64,000 nucleotides of DNA, taken from assembly GCA_964486045.1 (NCBI GenBank), contig CAZALK010000006.1, positions 96,001 to 160,000 of the forward strand, read 5' to 3'. The stretch is from an uncultured archaeon. GTDB lineage: Archaea > Asgardarchaeota > Lokiarchaeia > Sigyniarchaeales > SOKP01. Position 1 is the first letter of the stretch, and every line of letters begins with the position of its first letter. The notes under the pieces were generated by a model, which was not told the origin of the DNA, made no database searches, and worked only from the letters and a program-made list of their open reading frames with translations. Below, one piece after another: positions 58,449-64,000 of the stretch. The position numbers were made by a program, and so were the translations under genes.

Positions 58449-59612
58449 ATGGATTTTGCATTAAATGACCAACAAAAAATGTTGAAAAAGATCACAAGAG
58501 AATTTGCTGAAGAATATATCGCCCCCGTTGCAGAGGAGAGCGATCATAATTCAAAGTTAGATGAAAAAGTTTTTCAAAAAATGAAGGAAATGAATTATTT
58601 TGGCTCATGTATTCCTGAAGAATATGGTGGAGCCGGCCTTCATGAAGATACAATCAGTTTTAGTATCGTAACTGAGGAGATTGGTAGAGTAGATGCATCG
58701 TGGGGAATTACTACGGGTGTTCATTGTAGTGTTTGTGCATACCCTATTTTTAAATTTGGGACTGAAGACCAAAAGCAAAGATTTCTAATAGATCTTGCCA
58801 AGGGAAATAAAATAGGGGCGTTTTGTTTAACGGAAGCCAATGCTGGTTCAGATGCAGGAGGAGTTCAACTAAGCGCTGTAAAAGATGGCGATGAATGGAT
58901 ATTAAATGGAAGCAAGATTTTTGCTACAAATGGTGGAATTGCTAAAACTTTACTTATAGTGGCAAAATCGGGAGAAAAAGGATCCAGAAAAGAGTTAACG
59001 ATCTTTATCGTTGATGCTGATACTCCTGGTTATTCATTAGGTGTAAAGGAAGACAAGCTTGGAGTTCGAGCTTCAGACACATCCGAACTCGTTTTTCAAG
59101 ATGTTCATGTTCCTCATGAAAACATTTTGGGTAAGGTTGGAGAGGGTTTTAGGCTAGCTATGAAAATTTTAGATTACGGTAGAATATCTATTGCGGCTCA
59201 ATGTGTAGGCTTAGGTCAAGCTTGTTTAGAAGCTTCCATTAAATATGCAAATGAAAGAATACAATTCGGACAACCGATTGGACGATTTCAAGGTATTCAA
59301 TGGAAAATATCAGATATGGCGTGTGGAGTTGAATCTGGAAGATTATTAACATATAAAGCTGCATACATGTGTGACACTGGAGTGGAATATGGATTGGCTA
59401 GTGCTATGGCAAAATTAGTTGCATCTGAAGCAGCGATGAAAGCCGCTCATAGTGGGGTTCAAATTCATGGAGGGTATGGCTTAATGAAAGCATATGCAGT
59501 AGAAAGATACTTTAGGGATGCCAAAGTGGGAGAAATATATGAGGGGACTAGTGAAATTCAAAGGATGGTTATAGCAAATCGATTATTAAAAAAGGGGGCT
59601 AACATCTTATAA
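58449..59612 (+). CDS. Acyl-CoA dehydrogenase (butyryl-CoA dehydrogenase-like)
   Basis: FCLTEANAGSD, NGSKIF.TNG, QIHGGYG, IYEGTSEIQR. Confidence 0.93.
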   Translation: MDFALNDQQKMLKKITREFAEEYIAPVAEESDHNSKLDEKVFQKMKEMNYFGSCIPEEYGGAGLHEDTISFSIVTEEIGRVDASWGITTGVHCSVCAYPIFKFGTEDQKQRFLIDLAKGNKIGAFCLTEANAGSDAGGVQLSAVKDGDEWILNGSKIFATNGGIAKTLLIVAKSGEKGSRKELTIFIVDADTPGYSLGVKEDKLGVRASDTSELVFQDVHVPHENILGKVGEGFRLAMKILDYGRISIAAQCVGLGQACLEASIKYANERIQFGQPIGRFQGIQWKISDMACGVESGRLLTYKAAYMCDTGVEYGLASAMAKLVASEAAMKAAHSGVQIHGGYGLMKAYAVERYFRDAKVGEIYEGTSEIQRMVIANRLLKKGANIL

Positions 59613-59639
59613 GCTCACCCATTGAAATTGTGAATAATT

Positions 59640-60443
59640 TTGAAGATTTTCGTCTGTATTAAACAAGTACCAGGAGTCTCTGAAGTTAGAATTGATCCTA
59701 AGAGAAACACTTTAGTTAGAGAAGGTATTCCGTCTGTTACCAATCCTTTTGATAAGAATGCAATCGAGTTAGCTTTAACGATCAAAGAAAAACATGGCGC
59801 TGAAGTTATCGCATTAAGTATGGGTCCACCCCAAGCCAAGGAAGTTTTAAGAGAAGCTTTAGCAATGGGAGTAGATCGGGCATTTTTATTAACAGATAAA
59901 GCGTTTGCAGGAGCTGATACTTTAGCTACTTCTTATACTTTAGCTCTTGCCATTAAAAAACTATTGAAAGGTTCTAAAGACAAAATTAATTATCTTGTTA
60001 TCGTTGGTGCTCAAGCAATTGATGGAGATACAGGTCAAGTAGGACCGGAGTTAGCTGAAGAGTTAAATATACCTCAAATTACCTATATTCAGAAGTTTGA
60101 ACTAATAGAAAATAGAATTCTAGTTGAAAGGATTTTTAGAGAAGAAGAGATTGTTATTATTGAGACAAAAATACCAGCCTTAATCTCTGTTTTAAGAGAA
60201 ATCAATTCTCCCAGAAATCCCCCGATGTCTGGAATTGTAAATGCTTATAAGAAGGAAATTAAAGTTTTTAGTGTAGAAGAATTAAAACCTGATAAACGTA
60301 AAATAGGTAGACATGGTTCAATGACAGAAGTTTGGAAAATTTTTGTCCCAGAAAGAAAAGGTGAACAACTTATCCTCGAAGGCACTAATGAGGAAAAAGT
60401 TCAGGAATTATGTAGGAATTTAAAGAATGACAAAATGCTTTAA
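59640..60443 (+). CDS. etfB: Electron transfer flavoprotein beta subunit
   Basis: CIKQVP, AFAGADTLATS, QAIDGDTGQVGP. Confidence 0.93.
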   Translation: MKIFVCIKQVPGVSEVRIDPKRNTLVREGIPSVTNPFDKNAIELALTIKEKHGAEVIALSMGPPQAKEVLREALAMGVDRAFLLTDKAFAGADTLATSYTLALAIKKLLKGSKDKINYLVIVGAQAIDGDTGQVGPELAEELNIPQITYIQKFELIENRILVERIFREEEIVIIETKIPALISVLREINSPRNPPMSGIVNAYKKEIKVFSVEELKPDKRKIGRHGSMTEVWKIFVPERKGEQLILEGTNEEKVQELCRNLKNDKML

Positions 60444-61656
60444 GAGAATTTTAGAAATGAGCATATTTATAAATGATGAGCTTTGTACTGGGTGCGGGAG
60501 TTGTACGGAGACTTGTCCCTTTGTAGGGATTGAAATCATTGATAATAAAGCGGTTATTACTGAAAATTGTAATTTTTGTGGCGCCTGTCTTGACGTTTGC
60601 CCTGTTGATGCGATTTTAATTGAAAAAAAGGAATTTGAAGTAGAAAAAATCGATCTTTCAGAATATAGAGGTGTTTGGGTCATAGCTGAGCATTATAAGA
60701 ACAAAATCCATCCTGTGGTATTTCAATTGTTAGGAAAAGGACGAAACTTATCAAAAGAATTAGAAGTGAATTTAACACTTGTTATTTTAGGGTGGGATTT
60801 TGATAACCAGCTAGAAGAATTTAACTTATATGGTCCAGATGAAATAATTTATGTTAAATCACCAATTTTGAAGAATTATTACTCTGATTTATATGTTCAA
60901 GCCTTAACAGAATTGATTAATGAGAATAAGCCTGAAATTATATTAATAGGAGCTACACCAACAGGAAGAGATTTTGCTCCAAGAATTGCAAAGAGGTTAA
61001 ATGCAGGTTTAACAGCGGATTGTACGGGATTAGAGATCGATCAGACTACAAGAAACCTTTTACAGACTCGACCAACATTTGGAGGATCTCTTATGGCAAC
61101 AATTAGAACACCAAATAGTCGACCACAAATGGCAACGGTTAGACCGGGTATCTTTGAATCTCCAGAAAAATGCAAAGGGAAATCAAGAATCAAAAAAATA
61201 AACGTTGATTTCAAGGAAAAAGATTTAGTAACTAAAATAGTAAAAGTAATTGAAAGGAAGAAAATCGCAGTAAACCTTGAAGATGCCGAAATTATTGTTG
61301 CTGGGGGTAGAGGAGTTGGATCTAAAGAGAATTTTAGGATAATTGAAGAATTAGCCGAAGTATTGGGTGCTGAATTAGGAGGGTCTCGTGTTACAGTTGA
61401 ACTTGGCTGGTTAGATCAAAACAGACAAATAGGTCAAACTGGAAAAACAGTTTCTCCTAAATTATATATAGCTTGTGGTATATCCGGGGCTACTCAACAT
61501 TTAGTGGGAATGGAAAATTCAGAAATTATCGTAGCAATTAATAAGGATCGGAAAGCACCAATTTTTAATGTAGCTCACTATGGAATTGTTGGGGATCTAG
61601 ACGAAATTGTACCCTTGTTAATAGAAACCTTGAAAAAAGAATTAAACCCAGATTAA
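60427..61656 (+). CDS. etfA: Electron transfer flavoprotein alpha subunit with N-terminal 2x[4Fe-4S] ferredoxin (likely start 60457)
   Basis: CTGCGSCTETCP, CNFCGACLDVCP; GLTADCT; QIGQTGK; GISGA.QH. Confidence 0.93.
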   Translation: MTKCFKRILEMSIFINDELCTGCGSCTETCPFVGIEIIDNKAVITENCNFCGACLDVCPVDAILIEKKEFEVEKIDLSEYRGVWVIAEHYKNKIHPVVFQLLGKGRNLSKELEVNLTLVILGWDFDNQLEEFNLYGPDEIIYVKSPILKNYYSDLYVQALTELINENKPEIILIGATPTGRDFAPRIAKRLNAGLTADCTGLEIDQTTRNLLQTRPTFGGSLMATIRTPNSRPQMATVRPGIFESPEKCKGKSRIKKINVDFKEKDLVTKIVKVIERKKIAVNLEDAEIIVAGGRGVGSKENFRIIEELAEVLGAELGGSRVTVELGWLDQNRQIGQTGKTVSPKLYIACGISGATQHLVGMENSEIIVAINKDRKAPIFNVAHYGIVGDLDEIVPLLIETLKKELNPD

Positions 61657-61728
61657 AAGGTGTATACTTTTACTTCAATTAAACATTAGGAAAAGAATAA
61701 AATAAAAATAATGTAATATATTTTGACG

Positions 61729-62520
61729 TTAAACTTTGTCCAGACGCCCACCATTGATACCTATAATTTCTCCATTCATAAACCACGCAGCATCACTGCA
61801 TAAAAATAGTATCACTTGAGATACATATTTAGCTTTACCAATTCCCAAAGGTATTCTACCCGAATAATATTTTCGCCATTTCTCTTCTTGCTTGCTTAAT
61901 AAATCTTTCAGGATAGGCGTTTCGATTAAAGTTGGCATAACAGCATGAGTTCTTATGTTGTAGCGGATCAATTCTAATCCTGCAGTTTTGACCATCCCGA
62001 GCATCCCCGCTTTGGCTGCAGAATAATTCAACTGACCAATATTCCCTTCTGCTGCTTGACTACTAATCGTAATTACCCTTTTATCTGGGTATTCTGAAAT
62101 ATCATTTTTTGGATTTTCTTTGCAATAAGCGATCCACCGTTTGGCACATGCTTGTAAACTTAAGTAGAAACCCTTTAAATGAGTATTTATTACATCATCC
62201 CAGTCCTCTTCAGATAATTTATGTATCATTCCATCCTTGAGAATTCCTGCTGAATGTATTAAAAAATCGACTGTACCATATTTTTCGAATGCTTTATTAA
62301 CCCCCGATTCGATTGATTCAGAGCTTCGTACGTCTCCCTCAATGAATAAAACTTCCCCGCCAGCCTCTTTTATTTCGTTTTCAACCTGTAGACCATTTTC
62401 TTTATCAAAATCAAAAAGAACGACTTTTGCCCCTTCAGAAGCGAGTTCTTTAGCAGTTTTTTTTGCTAAGCCTGAAGCCCCACCTGTGAGAAAAGCGACT
62501 TTATCATTAAATCTTCCCAA
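61729..62520 (-). CDS. SDR family oxidoreductase (3-oxoacyl reductase-like)
   Basis: TGGASG, AGILKD, YSAAK. Confidence 0.88.
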   Translation of the reverse strand: MGRFNDKVAFLTGGASGLAKKTAKELASEGAKVVLFDFDKENGLQVENEIKEAGGEVLFIEGDVRSSESIESGVNKAFEKYGTVDFLIHSAGILKDGMIHKLSEEDWDDVINTHLKGFYLSLQACAKRWIAYCKENPKNDISEYPDKRVITISSQAAEGNIGQLNYSAAKAGMLGMVKTAGLELIRYNIRTHAVMPTLIETPILKDLLSKQEEKWRKYYSGRIPLGIGKAKYVSQVILFLCSDAAWFMNGEIIGINGGRLDKV

Positions 62521-63307
62521 TATTCTAAACCTCTAGTTTTTGATATTTAAATGAATTATTATTTCTTTTCATAAAAAATTAGGTAATGAATCTATAAATT
62601 AAATTCATTGTTCAATATAAATTTGAAGATAGGTATAAATTTAGAATTTATTGAATGTAGGGTAATTTTAATATAGTGAAGAATAAAAGAAGCTATTAGT
62701 AAAAAAAAAGTAATGGAATGAGTTTTTAGTCAAATTATTGTGGAGGAATAAATTATGGCAAAAAAACATTCCACTACAACGTAGAAAAAAAAAAATCTTT
62801 TTTCTGTTATTTATGTAGTGACCTATCCTAATAAATGTTTGGAATTTAACGTCAATTTCATGAACGCTCTATTCTATTATTCCGTAAATTTTATTGGTAT
62901 GATACAGTTTTGAGATATATAATTCTAATTTTCCTTATATCATCCTTGTTTTAAAAATAAAGGCTAAATAAAGCCATAATTTTAATGAACAAAAGAATTT
63001 TTTCTTGAAAAATATGTGAACCCAAACAATTTTTTTCAATGGCTATACCCGAATTATTAAAAAGATTTTTGATCTAAAAGTTATGGGTATATACATATTT
63101 TAATTTTATTAAGTTTTTAATAACGGCGATATCACTTTAAAACAATGATAACGTTGAATTTTTTTACAATCACTAGATTTTAAAGCAATACCGAATTTTT
63201 CTAGAGAAGATTGGGGGATTATATTTATGTTATTCTATAAATAACTATTAATTGCTCATAGATTCGAGTTGATCAAAATAACAGATGAAATAAAAGTTAG
63301 AAAAGGC

Positions 63308-64000
63308 ATGTCAATTCAAGAAATTGATGAATTCGTTGAATATGCTCTTAACGAAATGACTTTGGAGGAAAAAACATATACAATGACCGGTCATGACTTT
63401 TTTAAGTATTTTATTAAAGATAAGAAGTTTGGTGTGAGAGCCTATCCCGGGGGAGGAGTTAAGCGATTAAATATTCCTTCTTTTTTATTTACAGATGGAC
63501 CTCGGGGTGTGATAATAACGGGATCTACTTGTTTTCCTGTTTCTATGGCTAGAGGTGCCAGCTGGGATGTGAAATTAGAAGAGGAGGTGGGAGAAACAAT
63601 TGGTAAAGAAGTTCGTGCTCATGGTGGAAATCTTTTTGGCGGTGTATGTATCAATTTATTACGTCATCCCTCATGGGGAAGAGCTCAGGAAACATATGGT
63701 GAAGATCCCTTCCATATTGGACAACTTGGTTCATCATTGGTAAGAGGAGTTCAGAAACACAATGTTATGGCTACCGTAAAACATTTTGCAGCAAATAGTA
63801 TTGAAGATGCACGTTTTAAGGTTAATGTTCTAATGGAGGAACGAACCCTTCGTGAGGTTTATCTTCCCCATTTTAAATATTGCATCAAAGAAGGTTGCGC
63901 TACAGTAATGACGGCGTATAACAAACTTCAGGGAGATTTTTGTAGTCATAATAAGTATTTATTACGAGATATACTGAAAAATGAATGGAAATTTAAAGGT
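63308..64000 (+). CDS. Glycoside hydrolase family 3 (beta-glucosidase-like), 3'-partial; absent from the ORF track
   Basis: MTLEEK, TDGPRG, FPVSMARGASWD, RHPSWGRAQETYGEDP, KHFAAN. Confidence 0.9.
   Translation, partial: MSIQEIDEFVEYALNEMTLEEKTYTMTGHDFFKYFIKDKKFGVRAYPGGGVKRLNIPSFLFTDGPRGVIITGSTCFPVSMARGASWDVKLEEEVGETIGKEVRAHGGNLFGGVCINLLRHPSWGRAQETYGEDPFHIGQLGSSLVRGVQKHNVMATVKHFAANSIEDARFKVNVLMEERTLREVYLPHFKYCIKEGCATVMTAYNKLQGDFCSHNKYLLRDILKNEWKFKG

Noticed and set aside
12-62536. Numerous short ORFs antisense to or overlapping the long genes in the ORF track
   Set aside because: They are shadows of well-supported genes with no motifs of their own.
1-64000. tRNA, rRNA, transposase or integrase genes
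   Set aside because: No cloverleaf, rRNA-like GC-rich tract or recombinase motif was recognised by eye. A covariance-model scan would be needed to exclude small RNAs.

Overview
AT-rich archaeal chromosomal segment, most likely an Asgard archaeon of the Lokiarchaeia. This assignment is an inference from an archaeal histone, an actin-related gene, archaeal-type PEP carboxylase and many multi-PAS histidine kinases with the FGKIERYG motif. Most of the window encodes anaerobic acyl-CoA and organic-acid metabolism: acyl-CoA ligases, a CoA transferase, a B12 acyl-CoA mutase with MeaB and CobO, acyl-CoA dehydrogenase with EtfAB, a glycyl-radical enzyme with its activase, six MDR oxidoreductase paralogs, a sulfatase and a GH3. 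There are also signalling proteins and a plasticity zone (about 47.8-51.6 kb) with toxin-antitoxin modules and gene relics. The most striking feature is absent from the ORF track: a histone gene at 50563-50856 (+) interrupted by two 30-nt inserts, each with two in-frame stops. Each insert folds with its flanks into a bulge-helix-bulge-type motif, and cutting at the canonical tRNA-splicing-endonuclease positions restores a 77-aa histone. These are candidate endonuclease-spliced mRNA introns in an Asgard histone gene. Other notable items are a half-length actin-related protein, a mutase with a non-canonical active site, a ParE-PIN chimeric toxin, a perfect 145-bp inverted repeat in the MDR cluster and a perfect 3x369-bp PAS triplication.
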